A stretch of DNA of 60,491 bases from Candidatus Delongbacteria bacterium (GCA_003252515.1 QKDR01000029.1:1-60491), one strand, 5' to 3'. Positions 17,899 to 27,151 are shown, counted from the first letter of the stretch. The notes: generated by a model not told the origin, from the sequence alone. Program-made: numbers and translations.

Positions 17899-19813
17899 CC
17901 TTTTTTCTGAATATCAGATAGAACACTATCAAAATGGAAAATACCGACATCAGCCGGGCAAACTGAATGTTCGAGAGCAGAAAGTGATTCTCCGTCAGGT
18001 CCCCGTTTTTCAGCATGAACATTACGACAATCGAATAACAGTTATTGGTAAAATGCATAATGACCGCAGGATAAATAGAGCCTGAATAAACGGTGAGTAT
18101 ACCCATTACCATACCCAGCACCGATGTCTCGAACAGAGTAAATACGTTGAGATGCATGGCTCCGAACATGAATCCCGTAAATACGATCACCTGAAATTTT
18201 GTGAATTTCTTTTCCATTACGGTTAAGAACACACCTCTGAAAGTAAATTCCTCGAAAACAGCCGGGAGAAGAGCGATCACCGCAACTGCGGCAAAAATGT
18301 TCAGATTCCCGATACCGGTACTCATAATATCCGATTTTTTCATGATATCCGGAACAGGAAAAATATCAAGCAACCACTCTGATACAAGAGATATCGGATA
18401 TCTGGCGAAAAGTCCGAGGAATACAGCGGAAGGTATAAAAACTACGGGGAATCTCCTTAATTTGAGTATCCCGGAAAAAGGCTTATCCAAAGTTCTCTTC
18501 ATGATGGCGACAAATGCCCCCAGAATTAATATCTGCGAGTATACAAGTCCCGTTATTATATTTCTTCCCTGCAGATAACCGCCTATCATCATATATGAAA
18601 CTGCAAGAAGGGCGAAAATCGTGAAAACTGCGCCTTTCGAAAATCCTTTTTTTACAATATCTGTGTCCGTATTTTTATCGAGAACGTCTTCTCCCCCAAG
18701 GTAACCTGATGCGCTTTTTACGACTATAAATGAGTAGATAAGATTCAGAGCGATCACAGAAACAGTCCCGAATATTCTGGTATCTCCCCTGAGAACGGCT
18801 TTAATGATCCCGGCGGAATTTACTACCGGTATAAGCAGCAGTCCTTTCCGTATGATTATTCCTTCGAAAGTACCCATCAATCCCAGTACAAGATATGTAA
18901 GCATAACAGGCAGGAACAGCAATTGCCCCGAGGAGGAAGATGTGAGCCTGCATGAGATAAATACCGAGACCGATGATATAAACATAGAGAGCGACAGCAG
19001 AACTGGAATGAGACTGAATATCTGTGAAGCGTAAAGAACCATATCGAAGCTTAAAGATCCGGTAAATCTCCCGTAAAAGAAAAAAGAAACAAGTTCGAGA
19101 ACCGACATGATCATTCCCGCAAGCATAACGATACTCATCTTTCCGTAAATAATATCCCTCCTTTTTACCCCGGAAGACAGGAGTGATTCAAGAGTGTTGT
19201 TATCCTTTTCTGCGAGAATGACATAATTGGAGATGACAAAAGTTCCCAGAACGAGAATGAGTATTATCGTCATCGGGAGTATGCCGGCATTCTTCATTTG
19301 CCTCATATCTTCATGTGAAGCGGCATTTTCTAGCTGAGGTATTGAATTTTTGTAATAATCCCTGATCCCTATCTCAGAATATCTCGATTCGGTAATGCTC
19401 TTTCTTATCTTTCTCAAATCCTTTATGAAAGCGCCTGCCTGAATACTCTGCCTGTCTTTTTTGGATGAATAATTCACGATGATCAAGTTAGTTCTGAGCG
19501 AATCGTTATATTCTAGAGTTACGACGGCCGGATAAACATTCAGGAGCGAATCTACTGAAGATCCTTTTTCCGCGTATACTACCGAAAAGATACTGTCATT
19601 ATCAAACTCTGAAAGTACATTCTTCAGGAAAGGCTCGTCATAGGAAACAACTTCAGTTTTTTCTTCAAATATCTTCCCGACACGCGAAGTTATCACGTTT
19701 GTCAGAACTCCGTTCAAAAGAGGAAAAATAACTAGAGGAAGTACGAATACCAGAATTATCGTTTTCTTATCTCTTAACAGCTGCCTGACCTCGTATTTGA
19801 GTATCTTTTTCAT
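17885..19813 (-). CDS. ABC-2-type permease fused to CPBP (CAAX-type) intramembrane protease domain
   Basis: The N-terminus resembles an ABC-2 permease (MKKILKYEVRQLLRDKKTIILVFVLPLVIFPLL). The C-terminal polytopic region carries the CPBP motifs EEFTFRG, FGAMH and HFTNN. Confidence 0.7.
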   Translation of the reverse strand: MKKILKYEVRQLLRDKKTIILVFVLPLVIFPLLNGVLTNVITSRVGKIFEEKTEVVSYDEPFLKNVLSEFDNDSIFSVVYAEKGSSVDSLLNVYPAVVTLEYNDSLRTNLIIVNYSSKKDRQSIQAGAFIKDLRKIRKSITESRYSEIGIRDYYKNSIPQLENAASHEDMRQMKNAGILPMTIILILVLGTFVISNYVILAEKDNNTLESLLSSGVKRRDIIYGKMSIVMLAGMIMSVLELVSFFFYGRFTGSLSFDMVLYASQIFSLIPVLLSLSMFISSVSVFISCRLTSSSSGQLLFLPVMLTYLVLGLMGTFEGIIIRKGLLLIPVVNSAGIIKAVLRGDTRIFGTVSVIALNLIYSFIVVKSASGYLGGEDVLDKNTDTDIVKKGFSKGAVFTIFALLAVSYMMIGGYLQGRNIITGLVYSQILILGAFVAIMKRTLDKPFSGILKLRRFPVVFIPSAVFLGLFARYPISLVSEWLLDIFPVPDIMKKSDIMSTGIGNLNIFAAVAVIALLPAVFEEFTFRGVFLTVMEKKFTKFQVIVFTGFMFGAMHLNVFTLFETSVLGMVMGILTVYSGSIYPAVIMHFTNNCYSIVVMFMLKNGDLTENHFLLSNIQFARLMSVFSILIVFYLIFRKKVSAS

Positions 19814-19912
19814 GGTACTTCCGCAATTTCGACGCTTAATTATAATTTTTTAATTCCTAAATATCAATTGTTTTCTTAAATTACACAGGGCGTTTGAAGT
19901 AAGGGTAAGCGA

Positions 19913-20458
19913 ATGGAAGCATCTAAACCCGGAGACGGCGGGCTTTTTATATTTCTTCCCGAGGATATTTCTTCAAGGATATATTCTTGGCAGAGTCAGT
20001 TCAAAGAGTATATAAAAATGCCGAAGCCGCATTTGACCATTATGTATCCTCCATATATTACGAGAGATGAATGGATCAGATTCAGACCTGAGGTCGTAAG
20101 GCGGGTAAGGATGCAGAGTTCTTTTGAGATCGAATTCACAAGAACGGGATTTTTCAAAGATCCGTTTTTTCTTTATATAGCTCCGTCATCTACATCTGAG
20201 CTTGACAAACTTAATGCTTCTCTTTCGGAGATCTGCCCTGCGAATATTCAGGGATTGAATCTCGAACCGTTTATTCCTCACGCTTCTATCGGCACTTTCG
20301 CGACCGAAGAATCGACGCTTTACGCTCAGAAACAGCTCGAATTGTTCATGCGTAAGACCGATCTTAAGTTCAGGGTCAGAGAAATATTTTATACGGCTCT
20401 TGACAACGACTTCAGATGGAAGATCCACGATATTATTTCACTTGGAAGAGGCAAATGA
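19913..20458 (+). CDS. 2H phosphoesterase superfamily protein (LigT/2'-5' RNA ligase-like)
   Basis: Two HxT/S motifs at appropriate spacing (PHLTIM and PHASIG). Length is about 180 aa. Confidence 0.65.
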   Translation: MEASKPGDGGLFIFLPEDISSRIYSWQSQFKEYIKMPKPHLTIMYPPYITRDEWIRFRPEVVRRVRMQSSFEIEFTRTGFFKDPFFLYIAPSSTSELDKLNASLSEICPANIQGLNLEPFIPHASIGTFATEESTLYAQKQLELFMRKTDLKFRVREIFYTALDNDFRWKIHDIISLGRGK

Positions 20459-21468
20459 TAGTTCTCGGCATTGAATCATCCTGCGACGACACTTCGGTCT
20501 CCGTTCTTGAGGACGGAAATATCCTTTCAGTTGCGACAAACACCCAGCTGGAACATATCGGGTTCGGCGGAGTGATACCCGAAATAGCCTCGCGGGAACA
20601 CCTGAGGTTTTTTCCGGCGGTGCTGGAAAAAGCTCTAAAGGACGCCGGGAAAAAGCCGGAGGAAATTGACGCCATCGGCGTTACTTACGGCCCCGGTCTT
20701 GTCGGATGCCTTCTGGTGGGCGTCAATTTCGCGAAAGGGCTCGCTTTTTCGCTTTCCGTCCCGGTCGTTCCCGTGAACCACATAGAAGCTCATATATCTG
20801 CAAATTTCATTGAGCATCATGATATAAAATATCCTTTCGTCGTTCTTGTTGTATCAGGTGGACACACAGAACTTATTTTCGTCCCGGAATACGGCGTATA
20901 TGAGCTTATCGGGAAGACGAGAGACGACGCCGCGGGAGAGTGTATAGACAAGGTCTCCAAGATGCTCGGTCTGGGCTTTCCGGGCGGGAGGATCATTGAC
21001 GAACTGGCCGCAAAAGGAGAAAAGGATTTCGTAAATTTTCCGAGAGGTATGAGAAACAGCCTCGATTTCAGCTTCAGCGGTCTGAAAACGGCAGTGAAAT
21101 ATTACATTGAAAAACATGATCCTGAGTTTATAAGATCGAATATCAGCAACATTGCCGCCTCATTTCTTGAATCCGTTACAGACTCACTGACCGAAAAGCT
21201 TTTCAGGGCGGTAAAAAAACATAAAGCAAAAACAGTACTTCTGGCGGGCGGGGTTTCGGCTAATTCGCTCCTGCGGAAAAAAGTGTCCGAATTCTCGGTA
21301 AAAAAAGGGATAACTTTCCATTATCCTCATCCGAAATACTGCACCGACAACGCCGCGATGGTCGCCATGACCGCGTACAAAAAGATAATGAAGCACGGTA
21401 TCGGCAGCTACAGTTTGACTTCCGAACTTGACGCGGTACCTTTTCTGAAACTGTCTGAAAAAAACTGA
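20455..21468 (+). CDS. tsaD: tRNA N6-adenosine threonylcarbamoyltransferase TsaD
   Basis: MIVLGIESSCDDTSVSVL...GGVIPEIASREH...VNHIEAHI is the Kae1/TsaD signature. The start at 20455 overlaps the upstream stop (ATGA). The ORF-track start at 20416 is an upstream extension. Confidence 0.93.
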   Translation: MIVLGIESSCDDTSVSVLEDGNILSVATNTQLEHIGFGGVIPEIASREHLRFFPAVLEKALKDAGKKPEEIDAIGVTYGPGLVGCLLVGVNFAKGLAFSLSVPVVPVNHIEAHISANFIEHHDIKYPFVVLVVSGGHTELIFVPEYGVYELIGKTRDDAAGECIDKVSKMLGLGFPGGRIIDELAAKGEKDFVNFPRGMRNSLDFSFSGLKTAVKYYIEKHDPEFIRSNISNIAASFLESVTDSLTEKLFRAVKKHKAKTVLLAGGVSANSLLRKKVSEFSVKKGITFHYPHPKYCTDNAAMVAMTAYKKIMKHGIGSYSLTSELDAVPFLKLSEKN

Positions 21469-21555
21469 AAATTTCATTAGAATTTTTAATATTCTTTTTG
21501 TATATTGAAAAACGGCAGTGCATATAATCCTCCCCCTATTATTGAACTGCCTAGG

Positions 21556-21580
21556 AAAAGCGCCTTCCCGGCGCTTTTTG
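21556..21580 (+). terminator. rho-independent terminator after tsaD
   Basis: GCGCC-ttccc-GGCGC hairpin (21560..21574) followed by TTTTT. Confidence 0.65.
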
Positions 21581-21583
21581 CAT

Positions 21584-21612
21584 TTGACAATCCGGTACCT
21601 TATAACTATATT
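21584..21612 (+). promoter_or_regulatory. sigma70-type promoter of nadA
   Basis: TTGACA (21584..21589), 17-nt spacer, TATATT (21607..21612). It sits 27 nt upstream of the nadA ATG. Confidence 0.55.
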
Positions 21613-21638
21613 AATCCGAAAACGGAGCTTTACGCAAG

Positions 21639-22565
21639 ATGGACAAACAGGAACTGGCAGAAAAAATACTCGAACTGAAAAAGAAAAAGAACGCGGTCAT
21701 TCTGGCTCACTCCTATCAGGATATTGAAGTTCAGGCTCTGGCGGATTTTACGGGAGATTCTCTTGAACTGTCAAGAAAAGCGGCGGGAACGGATGCGGAT
21801 ATGATCGTATTCTGCGGTGTTGATTTCATGGCCGAAAGCGCGAAGATCCTGTCTCCGGACAAAAAAGTCCTGCTTCCGGCATCCGAGGCGAAATGCCCCA
21901 TGGCTCGCATGGCTGATGCTGAAGGCCTGCGTGAGCTTAAGAAAGAGAATCCTGACGCCGTGGTGATAACTTATATAAACTCTCCGGCCGAAGTAAAGGC
22001 GGAAAGCGACTGTATCTGCACTTCATCTAATGCCGTCAGAATAGTAGAACACTATAAGGACAGAAAGATCATCTTCGCTCCCGACAGAAACCTGGGGAAT
22101 TACTGTAAAATTATGACAGGCGCCGATATGATCATCTGGGACGGTTACTGCTATGTTCACGACGAATTCAGCATCGGCGACATATACATAGCAAAACACG
22201 AACACCCGGGCTGCATTCTTCTCGTTCATCCCGAAGCTCCTGCTGACGTGCTCGAACAGGCTGACTTCATCGGCTCCACTTCACAGATAACTAAATTCGT
22301 TGAGGATAATATTGCAGATATGGACGAGAATGCCGGAGTCATCATCGGCACCGAAGTGGAGATCGCAAGGATTCTGCAGTTGAAGTTCCCTAATAAAAGA
22401 ATATATCCTCTCGCCGATCACGCGGTCTGCCTTCAGATGAAGAAAACAAGTCCTGATGATGTTTACAACTCACTTCTGAACGAGAAGGAAGAGATATTTG
22501 TGTCGGAAGAAGTGAGAAAAAAAGCGCTGAAAGCTTTGAACAAAATGCTTGAATTAAGTAAATAG
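21639..22565 (+). CDS. nadA: quinolinate synthase NadA
   Basis: AVILAHSYQDIEVQALADFTGDSLELSRKAA together with the overall ~308-aa architecture is typical of NadA. Confidence 0.9.
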   Translation: MDKQELAEKILELKKKKNAVILAHSYQDIEVQALADFTGDSLELSRKAAGTDADMIVFCGVDFMAESAKILSPDKKVLLPASEAKCPMARMADAEGLRELKKENPDAVVITYINSPAEVKAESDCICTSSNAVRIVEHYKDRKIIFAPDRNLGNYCKIMTGADMIIWDGYCYVHDEFSIGDIYIAKHEHPGCILLVHPEAPADVLEQADFIGSTSQITKFVEDNIADMDENAGVIIGTEVEIARILQLKFPNKRIYPLADHAVCLQMKKTSPDDVYNSLLNEKEEIFVSEEVRKKALKALNKMLELSK

Positions 22566-22577
22566 ACGGCTGATATC

Positions 22578-23204
22578 ATGATAGAAATGCATGAAGAAAA
22601 TCCCAAAAAAAGAGACATTGACGCTATCGTCGGTATTTTGAAAAACGGAGGTGTAATTATCTACCCTACCGATACCGGATATGCGTTCGGATGCGACCTC
22701 TTCAACAAAAAAGCTCTGGACAAGCTGGTAATGATCAAAAAAGTCGATAAAAGAAAAACTTTCTCTTTCGTATGCGGCAGCTTGAGTCAGATCAGCGAAT
22801 ATGCCGAATGCTCAAAAGAATCCTTCAGGATCATAAGAGAACTTCTTCCCGGACCGTATACGTTTATTATGAAAGCACTGAATTCAGTATCCAAGACCGT
22901 CTCCGGTGAAAAAAAGAAGGTCGGTTTAAGGATACCCCTGAACAATATCGACCTGGCATTAGTAGAAGGATTAGGCAACCCTCTCATAAGTTCAAGTATC
23001 AACAAATACTCGGACATTATGAACGGCAAAAAACCGCTGTCCGATCCGTCCGAAATAGACAGGATATACGGAAGACAGGTTGACGAGATAATAGACTGCG
23101 GAGTGATCGAACCTGAATACTCCACCGTGATAGACCTGAGCGGAGAAGAGGCTGAAATAATCAGAGAAGGTAAAGGTCCGACTGACATGTTCTCTTCGGA
23201 GTGA
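22578..23204 (+). CDS. L-threonylcarbamoyladenylate synthase family protein (TsaC/YrdC/YciO)
   Basis: IIYPTDTGYAFGCDL plus GLRIP and a ~208-aa length match the YrdC-domain family. Confidence 0.8.
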   Translation: MIEMHEENPKKRDIDAIVGILKNGGVIIYPTDTGYAFGCDLFNKKALDKLVMIKKVDKRKTFSFVCGSLSQISEYAECSKESFRIIRELLPGPYTFIMKALNSVSKTVSGEKKKVGLRIPLNNIDLALVEGLGNPLISSSINKYSDIMNGKKPLSDPSEIDRIYGRQVDEIIDCGVIEPEYSTVIDLSGEEAEIIREGKGPTDMFSSE

Positions 23205-23205
23205 T

Positions 23206-24162
23206 ATGATACAAAAAACAATAATAATACTTCTTACCGTCATCTGCTATCTTTCAGGCGGCAGTAAATACGCCGGCGAGTTCATCGGAGGCGGGGTCGA
23301 CGCAAGAAGCCTTTCGCTTGGCAATATCGTGCTCACATCTTTCAATAACCCTTCGGCAGTATATTTTAACCCTTCTTTTCTTCCCGAAATGGCTATGGAC
23401 GGCGTCACTGTCTCACACAGCGAAAGATTTGAAGGTATCGTGCAGCAGGAATTTGCCGCATACAAGACAAAATACAGGGAATTCGATGTAGGGGCCGCGC
23501 TGATATGGATCAATGTGGACGGTATCACTCTGACCAGGCTTGAGAACGAGGATGAGGTTATCAGCCCCGACAACAGGATCATTCCTGACGGGACAGTTTC
23601 CGATAATGAGTTCGCATTCTTCCTGAGCATGGGAAGAAAATTCCGCGACAACATGAACTGGGGTGCCGGAGTCAAACTTCTTTACAAAACTTTCGAGGAG
23701 GAATCGGCATCAGGTATAGGTTTCGACGTGTCGGGCCTGTACAAAGCACCTTATAATATTGATCTCGGATTGAAAATTCAGGATATCACGACTTCAGCTC
23801 TCTTCTGGACGACAGGCACGAACGAATTCATCAGCCCGTCAATTCTTTTCAATGCGGAATACAACGGCAGACTGGAATATTTCCTGGCCGATTACAAGAT
23901 CATCGGCGGAACTAAGATAAGAACTGAAAATTATTCCGAGTACTCTTTCGCCTCACTCGGATTCGCGGACTTCATTCTTTCAGCCGGGCTCGAGCTGAAG
24001 TTTAAGAACGTGTTCATCAGAGGCGGCTACAACACCGATGACACATGGTCTGCGGGAAGCGGGCTCGAATTATTCAATTTCGTTCTGGATTATGCTTTCA
24101 GACCGGATTTTGAAGATCTCGGGAATACTCATAAGGCAAGTATTTCATATTTCTGGAAATAG
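23206..24162 (+). CDS. PorV/PorQ-family-like outer-membrane beta-barrel protein (second paralog)
   Basis: Signal peptide followed by GEFIGGGVDARSLSLGNIVLTSFNNPSAVYFNPSFL, parallel to the N-terminal motif of 6198..7211. Alternating beta-strand pattern, ending in FW-K. Confidence 0.55.
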   Translation: MIQKTIIILLTVICYLSGGSKYAGEFIGGGVDARSLSLGNIVLTSFNNPSAVYFNPSFLPEMAMDGVTVSHSERFEGIVQQEFAAYKTKYREFDVGAALIWINVDGITLTRLENEDEVISPDNRIIPDGTVSDNEFAFFLSMGRKFRDNMNWGAGVKLLYKTFEEESASGIGFDVSGLYKAPYNIDLGLKIQDITTSALFWTTGTNEFISPSILFNAEYNGRLEYFLADYKIIGGTKIRTENYSEYSFASLGFADFILSAGLELKFKNVFIRGGYNTDDTWSAGSGLELFNFVLDYAFRPDFEDLGNTHKASISYFWK

Positions 24163-24164
24163 TT

Positions 24165-24572
24165 ATGGACAGAGGCAGAGTAATAAGAACTGAGAACGGT
24201 TTTGCTTACATCGAAATGGAGATTAGCGCGTCATGCCGTTCGTGTTCAAATAAAGGTGTATGCATGGCCGGGGACAAACCGTGCGAGGTTAAGATCGAGG
24301 ACAATGTCGGGCTCAAACCGGGAGACATGGTCGAGATAGACCTTCCTCCGCAGACGAAACTTTCAGCCGGCTTCCTGCTGTTCATCTTCCCGCTTATATC
24401 ATTGATAATCTTCTATTATATAGCTTACAGGATATTCGGCACTGAGGAGGCCGGTATGCTCGGAGCGCTCGCCGGTCTTGTCATCGGCACCGTGGAACTT
24501 ATGGTCTTCAATAAAATCGCAGCAAAGAACCGTTATTTCGTACCAAGATCGGTAAAAAAGATCAGTCAATGA
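24165..24572 (+). CDS. RseC/MucC-family (SoxR-reducing system) membrane protein
   Basis: N-terminus GRVIRTENGFAYIEMEISASCRSCSNKGVCMAG, followed by two transmembrane helices. About 135 aa. Confidence 0.65.
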   Translation: MDRGRVIRTENGFAYIEMEISASCRSCSNKGVCMAGDKPCEVKIEDNVGLKPGDMVEIDLPPQTKLSAGFLLFIFPLISLIIFYYIAYRIFGTEEAGMLGALAGLVIGTVELMVFNKIAAKNRYFVPRSVKKISQ

Positions 24573-25396
24573 GATCATATTTTAAAATAATGCGACCGCT
24601 GAACCTTTTAATAACGGCGTTCGCGTCGCTGACAGCCTATTTCATTGTATCCGATTCCATGAACTATGGTGATCTTATGCTTATCATTGCGACAACTGTT
24701 CTTACAGCCGGCGCGGGTAATATAATAAATGACATAATCGACATAAAGATCGATACTATAAATAAACCAGACAGACCTCTTCCTTCAAAAAGCATCAGTG
24801 TAACTTCAGCTTATTATCTTTACTTTATCCTCGTAGGAACTTCCTCATACGCAGGTTATCTTCTGGGTTATCATTCATTCGCGGCCGTTCTGCTTGTAAA
24901 TCTTATACTTTTTTTCTACACGATCTTTTTGAAAAGACGCCCTTTCTGGGGAAATTTCGTAGTAGCTTTTACGGGAGGATACCTTTTCTATTTCTGCTCT
25001 ATCACGACGGGCAACTTCATCAAGATACTCCCTCTCGCGATCTCTGCTTTCCTGTTCCACTTCATCAGGGAGATCATCAAAGACATTGCCGACATCGAAG
25101 GCGACAGACACGAAAGAGCGAACACGATGGCGATCAAACTTGGTGTGCACAGAACTGTTGTTATTGTAAAAGCCCTTCTTATCTCACTCGCGTTCTACCT
25201 TGTAACGCTGATGACATCGGAAAGTTATAATTTCAAATTCGTACTTATAATCCTAGTCTTTGTTTTTCCCGTAATAATCTACACTTTAACTTCACTGTTC
25301 AAAGACATTTCAAAGGTGAATTTCGAACGGTTGAGCCTTGTCATAAAGATCGATATGTTCTTCGGCATTCTCGCATTTTATTTCGGGATGATCTGA
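24569..25396 (+). CDS. UbiA-family prenyltransferase
   Basis: Polytopic membrane protein with NDIIDIKIDTINKPDRPLP (NDxxDxxxD motif) and a second Asp-rich motif, KDIADIEGD. Confidence 0.8.
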   Translation: MRSYFKIMRPLNLLITAFASLTAYFIVSDSMNYGDLMLIIATTVLTAGAGNIINDIIDIKIDTINKPDRPLPSKSISVTSAYYLYFILVGTSSYAGYLLGYHSFAAVLLVNLILFFYTIFLKRRPFWGNFVVAFTGGYLFYFCSITTGNFIKILPLAISAFLFHFIREIIKDIADIEGDRHERANTMAIKLGVHRTVVIVKALLISLAFYLVTLMTSESYNFKFVLIILVFVFPVIIYTLTSLFKDISKVNFERLSLVIKIDMFFGILAFYFGMI

Positions 25397-25485
25397 TACC
25401 GGACTGACAGGCGTCAATCTCTAGGAGAGGAACTATAGAATACTAAAACTTATTCGTGATGCGATTTCAAACATCATTAAACTAT

Positions 25486-25500
25486 TTACCATATTGGTAA
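25486..25500. other. perfect 15-bp palindrome TTACCATATTGGTAA followed by T-run (weak terminator or protein-binding site)
   Basis: Read directly from the sequence. It sits 90 nt downstream of the UbiA stop and 22 nt from the left end of the IS. Confidence 0.3.
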
Positions 25501-25518
25501 TTTTTAAATTGACATTAT

Positions 25519-26249
25519 TTACTTTTTAGGAGTAATGGACAAAAAGTGGGTGTTATTTAGACAATAAATAGTCAGTAACTTTCTTCTTTTTTCGATCTTC
25601 ATTCCGTTATGAACTCTGAGCTTCATTTTAATCTTTGAAAACATCCCTTCGATGGAATTAGAAGTATCTGGCATGAGCAGATCAGGGTATTTTTGATAAG
25701 TAAACAGATATGGGAGATTATTTACTAGACTACGATAGGCACTTCTAAGTCTTTTATGCGTAAAATGAAATTTCTTAGTCTCGATATTATAAGTTCTCTG
25801 CTTAAGAAAGAACTCCCATCTTTCATTTCATTCGTAGAGTAAGCACTCAAATTCGTCTCTGCTCGAATTAGTAAGCTTGGCAGCAATCTCTTTCAATTCG
25901 ATTCCCGGTTGTAATTTCGGTTTTCTTGTTATGTATCTTGTGATTATAGCTACCTGATAAAACTGACAAGCTGAACACGGATAGATCCGAACGAGTTAAG
26001 AATACCTCTTTTGCCATCACAAACGATGCCTAATATTTTCCAGCCTTGATCCTGCAAATGTTTTATGCCTGATATGTATTCGCTGTTTGTTTCATAACTG
26101 ACATATTTCCAATAAATATTCCTCTTCGTGATATAATCTCTGAACAACATTACACCGAAGCCTCTTCTTATATAGGATGTATCCATTATAATCAGGCATT
26201 TATCTGGTATGATCTCTTTTGTATTGATATTTATCTCAGAGAACCTTAT
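25519..26249 (-). pseudogene. DDE transposase remnant (N-terminally truncated, one frameshift, one in-frame TGA)
   Basis: One frame gives LIIMDTSYIRRG...ILGIVCDGKRG...IRVQL, then stops at 25950. One frame over it continues CQFYQVAIITRY...LLYE*NERW...THKRLRSAYRSLVNNLPYLFTY...NSIEGMFSKIKMKL. Candidate D, D and E residues are visible. Only about 20 codons precede the first D. Confidence 0.7.
25523..25552. repeat. IS terminal inverted repeat (left)
   Basis: See the mobile element entry. 28 of 30 positions match the reverse complement of 26350..26379. Confidence 0.8.
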
Positions 26250-26349
26250 TTAGGACAATATTTTTCACTCATTTTTAACCGTTTTTTAACTCAAAAAATA
26301 AAAATATGCACTTAACTAATCAATTACTTATCACTTGCAGCGATTTTAG

Positions 26350-26379
26350 CACCCACTTTTTGTCCATTAGACCTAAAAA
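26350..26379. repeat. IS terminal inverted repeat (right)
   Basis: See the mobile element entry. Confidence 0.8.
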
Positions 26380-26412
26380 TTTGATATTCTAATTTCAAAC
26401 CAATAAAGAGTT

Positions 26413-26730
26413 CTACCCGTTCACGGCCCTGATATCGAACTCCTCGACCACATCAAGCACTTTATCCGCGAACTCACTGATGATCTCGTAAAAAGCCTCG
26501 TTCTTGTTGTTCCTAGTCTTCTCGACGACTCCATGCCTTTTAAGTATCGCCAGCTGCTGGGAAACGATCGGGAAAGGTTCGTTGATACATTCGGCCATGT
26601 TCCCGACCCTGCATCTTTCCTCTCTTAATGCCAGAAGCAGATTGATCCTCTTCGGATTACTGAGCGCTTTGAATATCGTAGCCAGTTCCTCATGGTTCTT
26701 CAGATATGTCTTTTTATCTTCATTCTTCAT
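26413..26730 (-). CDS. ArsR/SmtB-family transcriptional regulator
   Basis: ATIFKALSNPKRINLLLAL...CRVGNMAECINEPFPIVSQQLAILKRHGVV is a winged-HTH ArsR signature. It is the last gene of the thioredoxin/OsmC operon. Confidence 0.8.
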   Translation of the reverse strand: MKNEDKKTYLKNHEELATIFKALSNPKRINLLLALREERCRVGNMAECINEPFPIVSQQLAILKRHGVVEKTRNNKNEAFYEIISEFADKVLDVVEEFDIRAVNG

Positions 26731-27151
26731 GCAGAAGCCTGTTGTTTAAAAAAATTTTATTATGTATGTCGCTTGCTTTTCTGAGCATGGCCGACACACC
26801 GCAGTATTTTTCATGCGATAACTCAACTGCTCTCTTAATTTTTTCGGGGTCAATATCATCCGGACCGGTAATATGGTATTCGATAACGATATTTTTATAG
26901 ATCTTCGGATGCTCTTCAGTCTGCCCCGCATCGACCGTAATTGTGAGATCATCGTATTTAACATGCATTTTCTGAAGTATGGAGGCAACATCCATGCCCG
27001 TACAACCCGCCAGACCGCCCAGAAGCAGTCCTTTCGGCGAAGGTCCCTTATCCTCGCCGCCGAACTCCTTCGCTCCGTCTACGAAGTACTTATGACCTTT
27101 CTGGTCGATCTCGAATGCTAGATTACCCTTCTGTACCGCTTTTATTATCAT
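26720..27151 (-). CDS. OsmC-family protein (thiol peroxidase-like)
   Basis: Two conserved Cys contexts, GGLAGCTGMDV and HEKYCGVSAML. About 143 aa. Confidence 0.7.
   Translation of the reverse strand: MIIKAVQKGNLAFEIDQKGHKYFVDGAKEFGGEDKGPSPKGLLLGGLAGCTGMDVASILQKMHVKYDDLTITVDAGQTEEHPKIYKNIVIEYHITGPDDIDPEKIKRAVELSHEKYCGVSAMLRKASDIHNKIFLNNRLLHEE

Larger units (their letters stand above)
25523..26379 (-). mobile_element. decayed insertion sequence (~857 bp) with intact terminal inverted repeats
   Basis: The left end TTTTTAGGAGTAATGGACAAAAAGTGGGTG (25523..25552) matches the reverse complement of the right end, TTTTTAGGTCTAATGGACAAAAAGTGGGTG (26350..26379), at 28 of 30 positions. The interior encodes a broken DDE transposase. 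Confidence 0.8.

Noticed and set aside
21518-21727. 69-aa plus-strand ORF spanning the tsaD-nadA intergenic region
   Set aside because: It runs through a terminator hairpin and the nadA promoter and into nadA out of frame. The product is Arg/Leu-rich and lacks an RBS.
25950-26186. 78-aa ORF as an intact small gene
   Set aside because: It is the central fragment of a frameshifted, N-terminally truncated DDE transposase bounded by inverted repeats. It is annotated as a pseudogene within an IS remnant.
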